Shown: positions 1-11,946 of the stretch, in pieces
Layout: each line of letters starts with the position of its first letter
Position numbering within the stretch: position 1 is the stretch's first letter
Assembly (NCBI GenBank): GCA_030704615.1
Contig: CM060731.1
Location: forward strand, 52,762,001-52,826,000
Direction: 5' to 3'
Length of the DNA: 64,000 nucleotides
DNA from: Takakia lepidozioides
Taxonomy: Eukaryota; Plantae; Bryophyta
Program-made: the position numbers and the translations under genes
The notes under the pieces: generated by a model
Database searches by the model: none
What the model was told of the DNA's origin: nothing
What the model saw: the letters and a program-made list of their open reading frames with translations, nothing else

Positions 1-140
1 GCTCGTTCTGATTGAGATCAAACAACTTCGTTTGGAGAGTGTCTTACTTCGGCGACTGTAGGTCGCTCGGCGTTTCACAGTCATAGAAATGAACGTTATT
101 CATCCTCCTCACTAACCACGGGATGGTCCTTGACATCCAG

Positions 141-830
141 GAACAGAAAGATTCGAAAATTAGTGTACTGGCTCCTCTCCTTGCAATAACCAGCGAGAAC
201 TTCTGCGACGAGACCGTGAGCCCTGATTTTCTGCTAGGTACCAAACTAGAGCCGAAGGTTGAGTTAGAAGTAGTGGGTTTGACTGCCAACTGCTTCCATG
301 GTGATGCTCTTGGTATGTCCAATTCTTCAACGGAGACCAGCGCAGCTCCATCAACAGAGGACTCCCATAGTGAGCCTGTTCGGTCCACAAAACCCGGCCT
401 GGAATTGAAGCAGATTCAGCTGGTGACATCGATATCTTCCCCCTCACAATCCACTCATGTGGCCGACGACAACGACGGGGAAGAATCCCGGCACGTGTCT
501 GAGGCAGCGAATGTCAGGTGGGAGTCAAGCATCACCACACCAGCGGCAAAAGACGCTCCGAAAGTTGGAAGAGAACACCATGAGTCCGATGAGGTCATTG
601 ACGCAGCTTTAGAGATCTCAAAAATGCCACGGGATGGGATAAGACTGCAAGAGGATGAGCCACATGCGAAGACGACTGAGAAGCTGAAGGTCAATGAAGC
701 AAATGGAATCCTTGCGTTCCTCAAGAGGCGGAGTCCTATTTTTGTCCTCGTTGGCCTCTCCATTCCTGTTTCAATTTGGCTCTCCGTCGACATGATGGGA
801 GATGGACCAAGGATTCCCCCTCCCACTTAA
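141..830 (+). CDS. Probable last exon of an unidentified gene starting upstream of the window; acidic low-complexity region with C-terminal transmembrane segment
   Basis: ORF 123-830; plausible branch point (ctaac ~112) and acceptor (catccag, 140); hydrophobic tail IFVLVGLSIPVSIWLSV after LKRR. No family recognised. Confidence 0.5.
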   Translation, partial: EQKDSKISVLAPLLAITSENFCDETVSPDFLLGTKLEPKVELEVVGLTANCFHGDALGMSNSSTETSAAPSTEDSHSEPVRSTKPGLELKQIQLVTSISSPSQSTHVADDNDGEESRHVSEAANVRWESSITTPAAKDAPKVGREHHESDEVIDAALEISKMPRDGIRLQEDEPHAKTTEKLKVNEANGILAFLKRRSPIFVLVGLSIPVSIWLSVDMMGDGPRIPPPT

Positions 831-1960
831 AGTGTTTCTCAAAGCCTATGGGATTCAAAGACTTTACGAAGCGACAATATTTTGGCAATGATGGGTTGAT
901 AAATTTTGAGGAGTAGGGCACCTGACGAGAATCCTCTTGCCGATTTGAATTTCTGTCGTCAAATCCTGGTCCACATATGGACGAAAACGAGAGTACCTAA
1001 GAATGTGTCGGTTTGTCTAGCGGCAGCTGCTGAAGAACTTCGTTTGTGTAGTGTGTGCCTAGGAAGCAGTAGGGCATAGTGAGGTTTTCCCGCCCTTTCC
1101 TTACAAATCTAAACATGGTTTCCGCTCTGCTGAAGGAAGATAGATACTTCTCTTCAGATTGCTATATACATTTGGCATTCGGTTTTCTCTTCTTGACAAG
1201 GAACCAGGTATTGAGGAGGAGCCAGAGATGGAGCTCCGCGTTCTGCGGGGTGAACGGGAGCACGCTCAAAGGCCTCAAACTCCACAGCCGCCATGATCAC
1301 GGCCCCCTAAAGCTTTCGCAAACTTTGCACTACAGTGCTGCGACTCGCTGACAGAATACGGAGATCCTTAACTTCACAGGGAACTACTCTTCTTTCAGTT
1401 TGCGGCAGGAAGCCACTCAAACACAGTATCCGATCTCCGGGTTTCAGCCACTCTATCATCCTCTAATTATAATAGTAAAGTTGTCCAATCTGGGGGGTCC
1501 AATGTTTTGGCCCCTTCCTATGGACATTTTGGGTTTTGGAGTTTCGGGGGATGAGCCCTCTGTTCCGAGTACCGCACAAAAGGCACTTCTCGCCTGCAGA
1601 CTGTTTTTGGTCTTCCAATTCCTTGCGTTAGCTAAACAATATAAACGGACCAATTAATATTAGAATATGTAACCATGTGCGTACGTTAACAATGCCTGCC
1701 AGGATGAAAACAGCTTCATTCGTAAAATTGGGAGCAGACAGGATTCACGCACATACCAAACATGCGCTGTCAGCATCAGTTCTTATGTAGGGCGCAAATC
1801 CCCACCATGGTTGGGCACAGAAGAGCTAAAACCTGGGACACCATTATGGCAAATGTGCCTCAGTACGTGGAACCTCTCCTCGCTGATACATTGGTCATAA
1901 AGATACCCACTTGGATGGCCACCAGTCAACGGATTCAAACCCCGGATTCAAACCCCTGTC

Positions 1961-3480
1961 ATGCTGGTCACAGCCTGCCAAGGTGTTAGAGCAACAGGTC
2001 TGGGATTTTCTGCAGATGGAGATGGTCTTCTTCAGTATCAAGGAAGAATGGAAGCACATAAAGCTGACCTCTTTCACATCAGAGTTCTGGATAATCTGGG
2101 CAACCCAAACCCGCTGCCCCCGCAAGGTATGGAGACCCAATGGGCGAGACAAGAAAACCTCGCCTGGTTTTTGAGTTGCCCACTGGTGGACCTGCAATTC
2201 GATCCCGGGGAGTGGAGATGGATGGATAAGAAAACGACCCCTTTCTTTGCGTACTCTGTGAAAAAGGGATACTCTCTCCTAAACCCCTCCCGCTCGTTTG
2301 AATTCAAGTGGAAAGCAAAATGGAACATCCCGCTGCTAGACCGCCTAGGATGGGACAAAATTTGGAGAGACATCTGGAGAAAAGACAGACCAGCCAGGCT
2401 ATCCGGTTTTCTATGGAAAATCGCGCATAGAATTCTTCCAGTCAGAGAACGCACCCATGAAGACAACCCTAATTGCTCTCTATGCGGTTCTTCTCCCAAA
2501 TCCATTGAACACTGCCTGATGTTTTGCAATCTGGCTGTTAGAGACTGGCACTTGGTTCTTGGCTTTTACTCCCGCTGGAATAGCTTCCCCTCTCCCCCCC
2601 CCACCTTCTCTGTTGCTTCTAAATTTCACCGTGGGTCAAGTGCAGACTATCTGCCCGGTTTGGGCTGCTCTTAGAGCGCTTACCTTGTGGAACTTATGGA
2701 AAACAAGATGTGCTTGGATTTATGAGGGAAAACCCCCCAGTGGCAGATCGGTATTATTCAATACTTACCAAGATCTGTTGACTGAGGGGCGGAAGGCTTG
2801 CTTAACTGTCTGTGCAGCTGTTTCCAGAACTTCGGAGCAGCGAGGGAGGAAATTGCTTCAAGACTTCCATGACACCTGGGGCAAAAGCAGCATGCTCGGC
2901 GCCGGTTTTTCCAACTCTAAATTCACTTGGTAACATTCCATCCCCTCTCAATGGGAGGTCCCCTGGTGAAGGTGATGAGGGAGATTGCAACTGGCGCCAT
3001 AAACGTGCAAGAGCCCCCAAATTCCGCGCGCAGCTACAGTTCTAAAAGTCTGGCATCTGCATTCGCCTCGGCGATGGTTCCGAGATGCTTCACCCTCAAA
3101 ATCTACTTCCATCGTCCCCAGGCATCCCCTGCTTGTGTCAAGTCTTTTTCAAGACTTAGCTCATTGCTTTTTCCTGACATTGTCTACTTCCCTTCAGTGG
3201 ATCTTGCTTCTAATCCCCCCCATCCCTACCACATCTCTCTCGGCCACCCACACCACTCTCTCGACCCATCCTTCTCAAAGTCATCTCTTTGGGTTTCCTT
3301 CCTCCTTTCCCTTAGCATGTTCGCTTTGGTTCCGGGGAAGTTCCCCCTCAGTAAGCCTCACGGCGCCCGGGTGGTTATTTTTTCCACCCCTGTGTAACTC
3401 CTTCTTATTTAATTTGATCAACAGGGTTTCTGTCCCTTTCCTGGAAGAAAAAAAAATAAAAAAATAAAAAAAATAAAAAA
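1961..3480 (+). mobile_element. 5'-truncated L1-type LINE (zf-RVT and C-terminus of ORF2) with A-rich tail
   Basis: WDKIWRDIW...FLWKIAHRILPV...CSLCGSSPKSIEHCLMFC is a zf-RVT signature; frameshifted continuation TLWNLWKTRCAWIYEG; A-rich tail 3448-3480. 5' boundary approximate. Confidence 0.85.
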
Positions 3481-3491
3481 TTCACTGGCCC

Positions 3492-6400
3492 ATGTACAAA
3501 CAAACCCTAGACCCTGCATGCACCCAGCATCTCACAGCGCTGCAAGGAGTCAGCATCCAGCGTGCAAGTATGCGTAGAACGCGAAGATTGTGTGAATTGG
3601 CCAAGATCAGATATGGGCCGGAGTGGGACTGTGCATTGAAGCCTCGCTGCAGCAACAAGTGCCCGTCCGCTGCAATTTCTTCCTCTGTGCCTTCCTCATC
3701 GACATTCCTTGGCAATAGTCGAGGAAATGCGCCGACGGAGAGATTCTGCAACTTCAGCAGCAGATTATCAACGAAGTGTTGTGTGGTTGAGCCCTTGTGG
3801 TTGAATTCACCAGTGCGACACGGGGTGCTAAGCTATTTCTCAACGGTAACCCCTCTCTCTCGAACAGATGCCCCACAAGCTGAAAGCAGGTCTGGGGCAG
3901 CAGAGGTGACATCACGTGGCTGGCAGATCACGGATGAGAATGAGAGCGACTGGCATAGCCATGCTGCAGCCATTGCCCGCTCGGTCGAGCTCATTAAGGC
4001 CCGAATGCAGGTATGAGCTAGCTCTGTCTGTCACATTCTCCGTATTGCTGGATTCACTGCAATATAATTGATATCCCGAATGTGTCCCTTTCGTTTTCTG
4101 CACATGCAAGGTTCTGTTGGTTCTGTTTTGTTCTGTTTGATTTCCAAAAAATACTCCGCTCCTCTTGTATTGATTCATGGGGGTTTCAAATGGGGCAGTG
4201 GAAGGAAGTGCTATCCAGGCTGGGGCAGCTGGATGCTGAGATGGCAAGGCCAGACGTATGGGAAGATGTAGCCAGAGCTGGTAAGTGCAGCCGAGAGCGG
4301 GGAGCGTTGGCAGCCCGGGTCAAGGCTGTGGATGACATAGAAAATGAGCTGCTGGAGAATGTAGGCCTGGCTGAGCTGGCACATGAAGAGCATGATGTGC
4401 AAGTAGAAGCGGTAAGTGTCATTTTTTGTGCCAGTGATTCTGGCATTGTGTCAAGCCATTTTGGCCCCCCTGCAGTACGGGATGCAATTCTACCTTTCTG
4501 TCTACTTGAGTGATAGTGGACAAACTTTCTTTGTCTTGTCTTCTCCAAACACCCTTTGCTTCAGGGCATGTGCATGTCTGGGGAGAATGTAATTTAGAAC
4601 GCACCATTTCTAGAGCCTTTGAAAGAATTAAAAGGTGCCTGTGACAAATTCAGTGGCTTGCTAGAGCACACAACCTCATATGGAGACTTTTGATGTACTG
4701 TACCACTGAAGTGTGGTTGGCATGTGGCAACAGGATGTAACAAGAGCATTGGCACAGCTACGAAAGGCTGCCAAGGAGAGGGAGCTAGCTGCTCTGCTTT
4801 CTGGCCAGCATGATTCCTGCCCATGCTTTTTGGAGGTCATTACTCAGATTTCTTGGTGCTCTTCTGTGTTCTCAATGAACAATCAGATACTGGAGAGTTT
4901 GGCAGTGACAGCACAGTGGAAGCCATTAAACGATTGTGTTTGTGAGCTATGTTCGGTGAACAAAGTTGTATTGCTGATTGGGGTAGGGACAAGCAGGTGC
5001 AAGCAGGGGCAGGGGGAGTAGAGAGTATGGACTGGGCGGCCATGGTAATGCGTATGTACCGCATGTGGGCTCTCCACCGGGGCTTCCAAGTCACACTGGT
5101 AGATGAGATGCCTGGTGAGGAGGCTGGAATAAAGGTACTGTTTATGCTCTCCTCAAATTGGCGAACAAAATAAAGGAAGTTCAAATGAAGACTATGTGCA
5201 TGGATTCTTTTGCTTTTTTTAAGTTCTCCCCTGGATGTCTACCATCATCAAGTATTGAATCAGCATCTGTTGTGACTTTGTTTGCTCTGCATCTTTTAGG
5301 ACAGCTATATCTGATCTATGAAGAGGTTTACTTTCAGTTGGCAGGCACACCTGTTCATCAATTTGTAACCTGCTCACCCAGACCTTTACCGTGGCATCAT
5401 CTACATGTTCTGGACACAATGGCCAGCGGGACTTCTTTTGGCAAACGCCCAAGGTAGCCAAAGGAATCTTGCTGCAAAATGTTCACAGGTTCCCAAAAGA
5501 ATAAATCGCCCATAAGTGTGGAGTGGTAATGTGGCCCACATAGGTTAAGCTTGGGCAAGGAATGAGCCCTAGATATGACCTGATTGCAGCTTGTGGTATG
5601 ACTCAGCGTGCAACAATCCGAGTGGATGGAGAGTACGCCTATGGATATGCAAAAACAGAAGCAGGAGTACACCGATTGGTACGCATTTCTCCATTTGATG
5701 CAGGCAAGCGCCGTCACACCTCCTTCGCTGCGGTGGCTGTGATGCCTGTCTTGGATGACGCGGAAGTCAGTGTTGAAATAAGTGAAGCTGACTTGCGCAT
5801 TGAGAGGTACCGGGCAGGTGGGGCTGGCGGCCAACATGTAAACAAAACAGAGAGCGCTGTGCGCATTGTGCATCTTCCCACTGGCATCACTGTGCAATGT
5901 CAATCTGACAGGTGGGACTTAGTAGGCAAAAGGCAAAGTCTCTTGTTGGTTTTGTGGAGGCCTTGTTGATGCAGCACATCGTTGGAGCTTGCAGATCACA
6001 CACCTTGCAAGTTTTCTTATTGGCCCACTGTAAGTTTAGGTTTTTGGATTTGCAAGACTTCCTTATGAGCTGGGGGTGGGGAGCGATTGACATATGAAGG
6101 AGAACATAAATATAAATAAGTAATGGTGCAGGTCACAGCATCGGAACAAGCAAACAGCCTTGGGTGTGCTGCAATCCCGTCTCTATCAAATGGAGGTGGC
6201 ACGCCGAGCCCAGGCTAATGCCCAACACACACAAGCACTCGGTGATATATCATGGGGCAACCAGATTCGTTCTTACGTTCTTCAGGTTGCAATACAGCTT
6301 CCCTTCTAGGTTGTCAGCTTGATTCTGAATTTTCTGAGCTTTATCTTGCAAGCAAAACAATGAAGTTACTAACTAAGAGAATGGGATTGGGTCGTGGAAG

Positions 6401-6523
6401 CAGCCATATCAGATGGTAAAGGACTTGCGCACCAACTATGAGGTCTCAGACCCAGAATCTGTGCTGGATGGTGACTTGGATGGCTTCATCCTCACCTTCC
6501 TCGCAAACTCCTCTGTATCATGA
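3492..6523 (+). CDS. prfB: Organellar peptide chain release factor 2 (PrfB-type), 7 exons
   Basis: Exons ~3492-4010, 4199-4411, 4734-4835, 4997-5134, 5607-5911, 6132-6285, 6404-6523 with GT-AG ends. Motifs [21 protein letters not shown] (SPF = RF2 specificity), GAGGQHVN (GGQ), [21 protein letters not shown]. Long transit-peptide-like N-terminus; start codon uncertain (3492 or 3570). Confidence 0.93.
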
Positions 6524-8314
6524 TGACTGATTTCCTGCCACCAAGGCTCATCTTGATTGTTGTGCTGTCGACTCTGACAAGCAGGCCATTTCTACAGGTA
6601 CATAAAGCTCTGATCCAGATCCCATTTCAGTGATTTCTTAGTAATTCCATCTGAGGGTAGAAGCCGGTTGTTGTGCTATGTGACAAGTTGTTCTGTGCTT
6701 TGCAAGGAATGATCATGTTCCATGTTAGGTGCAATCACATTACCATATTAGCTGAAGGAAGTGATCATGGAAAATATGGAGAAAAACTGAACTGTCTATA
6801 CTTTGCACAGTGCAGTGAAGAGCCACCACCAAGTTGGGTGAATCACAAGGGCCTGACCAATCTGCCAAGTCTCAGTGAGTTGTGTAAGATGAACCATTCT
6901 TGTGGCCACTGTGGGTAGGAATGCAGTGTCTCATGGATCGATAGTGCATTAGGACTCCATACTTTGTAACCAAGGTTGTCCATTGCACCCAGATCAACAG
7001 ATCAACAGATCAGGCAACAGATCAAACTATCAAAACACCTCAGCACAAGCAGGGAAACCTAAAAAGGCTGCTGTGGAAGAAATGTCAAACTGGTTGATCT
7101 GTCCCAGTAATCCTCCTCTGTTAAATTTGCAGGTGGAAGTCCCAGATGAAGGCTATTGTTTCATTCATGCAATGAAGCCTTTAGGCAATAATTTTGCTCC
7201 TCATGAGCCATTACCTCAGTACAGTAACCAGTGTGTCCAGAAACTGTAGTCTTACCAGGTTGTAGCCCGGTTCTCAGTATGCACATGAACTTCCTTAATC
7301 ATGAACCTCATAACAAGTGGCTTTGCCCTTCCACCTCCCCTCCAAGAATATACACTATGTAGCTTGTATACTGTACATGTCCCAAGCGAGCTGCTAACAA
7401 GCCACTTTCCCTGGCAAGTAGGGTATAATATTTTTGAGCTACAAACGTAGGAAGTCTCCTAACACATGGTCATAAAGCGTTGGAGAGGGTAGCCCACAGG
7501 TTGGGAGTTTGTGCTTGTCTTTTCATAACCTAGGTGATCTAAGTTTCAAGGTGTCCCCACCTTCCAACTTGAGGAGTAAACAGAATGATTTTGTATTTTC
7601 AATGTCTGCAAGTTTTGAGACCTAGAGTATGTATGGGTATGTTCTCCCCTTACCCTTTGGTTCAGCCTTAGAAAAAGTTCCAGTAGTACCAAAAATGTTC
7701 ATCTGCAGTGCCCTGAAGCCATTTCTGGCAGATAATGTCCTTGCAACTGCACCAGACATGACTTTCACTTTTTATCCTAAGATCCACTTGCAATTCAGTT
7801 GCCAAGCAAGCATCAGCAAAACTAAGTCCCTCATCACTTTAGCATAGGAGGAACCTTTCCAGGCCCCATCGTTGACCTGGATGGTCATCTAAACTCATGA
7901 CCTAGAATCTCCTAAAAAAACATATACTTAATGTACCATACAGAATGTGCACAACTACAGGCACTGCCCACAAGTGACAGCTCAAGAAATAGTCACCCTC
8001 GGAGACTGGATGCAGAGATCTGACATCCACAGGCTGTGGGGAATATGAATCAAAAGCTCACTCTTAGAAACTTTACCTCATCAAAAGCCTGGGGACTTAA
8101 GTCCCAAAGAGGGAAGTTCCCGAGTGCCGATACATTGAACACTCTGGTAGTACTGGAAATGAGAGCACTACATCCAAACAGTGTCACATTCCCTTCGCCC
8201 ACTTGAGATGCGTGTTCAAGAGGAACAAACTTGCATTGGCTCAGATGCTGAAGTCAGAGAAACTGTGGCTTATAACCAGAGCACCTTTTTCAGTACATCA
8301 ATCACATAAAAGCC

Positions 8315-11300
8315 CTAGCCCACCATCACCCGTTTCCTCCCTCGCAGCCGCACTGCCATGCACATGCATAGCACATTTGTTAGTCCAAGACCGACAGTAG
8401 CATGAATAAGTTGATTCAGTAAGCCCAGTCACAATGTACTCAGTACTCTGAACTTACAATAAAGAAATGGCTTCAACAAATGCTCTTTGGGGTAAAGACA
8501 AAGGTGAAGTGGGTTGGTGCCTATACAAAATTGTCACAGGTATGTGGTGTGGCCAAAGATTTCTGGGGCAAGCACTGCTGCTGACAGGAAAACCGATTAG
8601 CCATGAGTGTCAAGTTACACATACAATCTTAAGGTATAAATCACAAACCTACAACAAGTGAATGGATCAAAAGGTGAAAATAGGAACGGAGAGGGAGGGA
8701 CCTGCAGCCAGTTTGTTGAGAGTGGAACTCCAGTATTTAGACGACCTATTGTATGCCTCTAGCACCAAAGCCATCTGTAACACCAAGAAAGCCTGGTGAA
8801 AGGGGGTACTAATTGTTCCTCCATTCACAGCTTAGGAGGCTCTGAAACATGATGGGGAAGCCACCTACGTAATCATGTAAATCGCAGAAACCAGCCACAA
8901 TACTACAAAGACAAGAATACATTCCCTAGAAAGCAAAGATGATATTCACAGCACATCGTAACAAAAAAAGGAGGGAAGCACAAAGGAATATCCACTCACA
9001 AGGTCACCTGTTGAGGAATGAAGGGACAGCAAAGCTCGCTCCAGCACGTACAAGTCCACTGCCTTATCTTCTGGTAGCGTTGATGTAAAACCAAGTCCGA
9101 AGTCTATCATGACCTGTCCAGCCATGCAGCATGCCGACAGTGTTTTGGGGTAGTGGGAGAGCTTGCATGAAACTCAGTTATAGCTGGCATAATGGTTGAG
9201 GTCCAAATATCGTGCCACATTGTTGAAAATGTACCCATAACACATTGTTTGCTGTCGCGTTGTGGCCATAGACCCCACCGAGTTTGGGCAGAACAAGAGG
9301 TAACAGACTCTACCTTGCAGAGGGGCTCACTCCAGTAGTGGGGCTTACCTTGGTATAAACAATTAGTTCGGGCTTTCCAGATTTCCTCTAGAAAGCTCTT
9401 CACACAAACACAATCTGCTGTGTGTGAGTTGCCCAGTAGTTAGACCCCAACAGGGTCAGGGCTTTAGGCTCAGCCTCAAGAATTTGGAAGGTGGTGAACA
9501 GAGGTGGAGGGACTACGTTCTTGATGGTCATGAAGAGGGGACATGCTGCTCCTGTGTTCCTGGTTGTTCTTTGTCATGCTGAATCATCTTGCGCGATATA
9601 TTGTGCATTTAGATTTCCATTGTCCAACCTTGTGACAAGGCCACAGCCATAATTGATCTCCTATTTGATGGTATGCTTTTTTCGGTTTTTACAGTGTTCT
9701 AGAAGGATCTTTTACTCTCTGATGAGAATACCTGGACATTCTATCAGAAAATGGATATCGTCTTCAGGCCACCAGCACATGGGGTGTTGACAATCTCCCT
9801 TTTCTCTGCAGTTCTCCCTGTACTGAGTTTAATTTCAGTCTAGTGCCGAGAGGTAAGCCCTCAGATCATCTCGAAGGTCCTCTCACCCAAGTCACTAACT
9901 GGAAGCAAGTTCAGGGAGAGAGCGAGAGAGGAAATACCAGTTGGCCCGTTTTAGCACAGAGGAGCATGTTGGAGGTGGTAAGGTCGCCATGAATTAACCC
10001 CCCATCATGCAGCCGTGCTATTGCTCTGCCAATTTGAGCAGCTATCTCCTCTAGCCTTCCATCTACACCCACCAAGAAAAGTTTCCTCTTAGGGAAACAG
10101 AAACCATGCCCAAGGTAGACACCAAATATCCTTACATGATATATGGTGAAGCAGTGTCAACCAGTACTATGAACCATACAACTTTCATCAGCGGGGCAAT
10201 GGAAGTGCCTTCTCAGGACAGAAAGTTGTAAGATTCTGAGAAAAATTCAACAGCAGTCATGGAACCAAATAATACTGGGTTCATAGCTTCACAATACTTG
10301 GAGCATATGGGAGACCCACAGCCGAACCTGAGCTAGGAAGAGGCCCACTTTGGAGTAACACTTCTTTCACAGACAGACCATCCACGAACTCAAACGTGAG
10401 GGTGTGCGTCACAGAGTCCAGTGCATACAAGGCTGGAGTTGCCACCCCTAGTTTCCGTGCCTTTGCCAAAGTACGGGCCTCCTGCAACACTACCAAACCA
10501 CGCAACCCCAAATCAAATTGACCACAAGGTCAATTTTACAGTTGGGTCGATGTGCTGCAGGCACACCCAGTAACCAGGAAGGGAACAAGATATCACACAC
10601 CATGCTCGAGTAAAGAAGTAGCAAGGTGAAAGGAAGGTCTCAGCCTGCATATAGTCAATTACTACAATTGTCCAGAGTGGGCTTATGCCAGTCCTAGACC
10701 CTCAATGCCCCCTTCCCTAGCTCTTTCCACGTCTCCTAAGAGAGCTCTGACCAATTGTGAATTCTGGTCACATAATAAATCCTAAACGTGGGCCAAACAT
10801 GCAAGTTCAGGTGAATGGCCTAACCAAGCAACCAAGCAGCCAAGCCCTAATGACTTTGGTGTGGCAATGATGCATATGAAAGGGAATTTTGGTGAGGGCA
10901 AACCCCATAAAGACGCTTGAGAGTGAGCTTGGAGTCAAGGGTAGGATGTCTATATTGCTTGCTGAAGCGCTCTTTTACAGCCGCTTTCCTTCCCATGAAA
11001 CTGGTCTCAAAAATACGCTGTCCACCCGCAACCACGCCGATCAGACAACCCACTTTGATGTTGATTACGGATCGCACCTAACTACCACCACTCTTGAAAG
11101 CCGATTCCCCAATCATCGCTAGAACAATATGCATGACGTTGCCTGGCCTGGGACCGGCAATGTGGTGAAGATCTTGCATCAGACTACCGAAGTGTATAGC
11201 ACTTTGGGTTCACAAAGACAATGGGCTTCAGAAGGGCCCACTCGTGGCCGCATGTGAGGGAGACAGACAAATCAGAGTATCATTCACCTCGGTTCGATTG

Positions 11301-11495
11301 CATTATAATGAACAGGGTCATGAGACTCTAAATATTATGAGGAAGGTATGGCAAATCTCACGAAATGGTTTACGGAAAGGCAAGCAATATGGCTAAATGT
11401 GTAGTGCTCGAGTTTCCAGTAAAGAGGGGAAGAAGACGTACAGCTTCAGCGCCCTGCTTCATGACACCAGCGACAGGGGGAGCTGAGGCATCCAT
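8315..11495 (-). CDS. BUD32: EKC/KEOPS complex subunit BUD32 (TP53RK/PRPK-like atypical kinase), 7 exons
   Basis: Exons 11495-11442, 11017-10904, 10481-10328, 10062-9938, 9113-9000, 8774-8702, 8352-8315 splice in frame: KQGAEAR, KERFSKQYRHPTLD, IHGDLTTSN, IDFGL, EDKAVDLYVLERA, C-terminal VRLRGRKRVMVG*. Confidence 0.95.
9250..9560 (-). repeat. Intronic dispersed repeat, probable LINE remnant (related copies at ~59510-59650 and ~62240-62530)
   Basis: Core ggtataaacaattagttcgggctttccagatttcctctagaaa is shared with 59536-59590; reverse-orientation copy at 62245-62526 (FLEEIWKARTN vs FLEDIWKTRIN). Confidence 0.7.
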
Positions 11496-11946
11496 AGCTG
11501 CTTGATATCGGCGAGGGTGAGGGCCTTGTGTTGATTGAAGGTAATGCAGGAGGATATCCAAGGCATCTTGTTTGCTACCGTCCTTTGGATTAAGATTCTT
11601 CTTCTATTCCGCCAACGCGGGACGCATATCCCCTACATTGTATATACGTCTTGACCTAAAGCCCTGGCAGACAGGGTTTTCCCAAACCCTACAAATCTGG
11701 TACTACAGAATTTCCGTTCATCAACGTTGGTTGGTAAAACCCCACCATTCCATAAACCCTGCGAACTCCGCTTCTCGTACATCTGCTTCTTGTGCTTTCA
11801 CACACTCTACTGTGGGGGTTACATCCCACTGCATTGGCGATGGGTGTACCTGTCGATAGGTGGAGGAGTCTGATCTTTTTAGGTGCTACATGTGACACCA
11901 GATTCGATAGACTTTGGGGTTGATACTCGAATTTCTCTCCACAAGA
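11496..11946. promoter_or_regulatory. Probable bidirectional promoter region between BUD32 and tRNase Z
   Basis: Divergent ATGs ~450 bp apart; telo-box-like AAACCCT motifs at ~11684 and ~11754. Confidence 0.55.

Noticed and set aside
7000-8300. Faint LINE-like coding remnants between prfB and BUD32
   Set aside because: Too degraded to support boundaries or a call.
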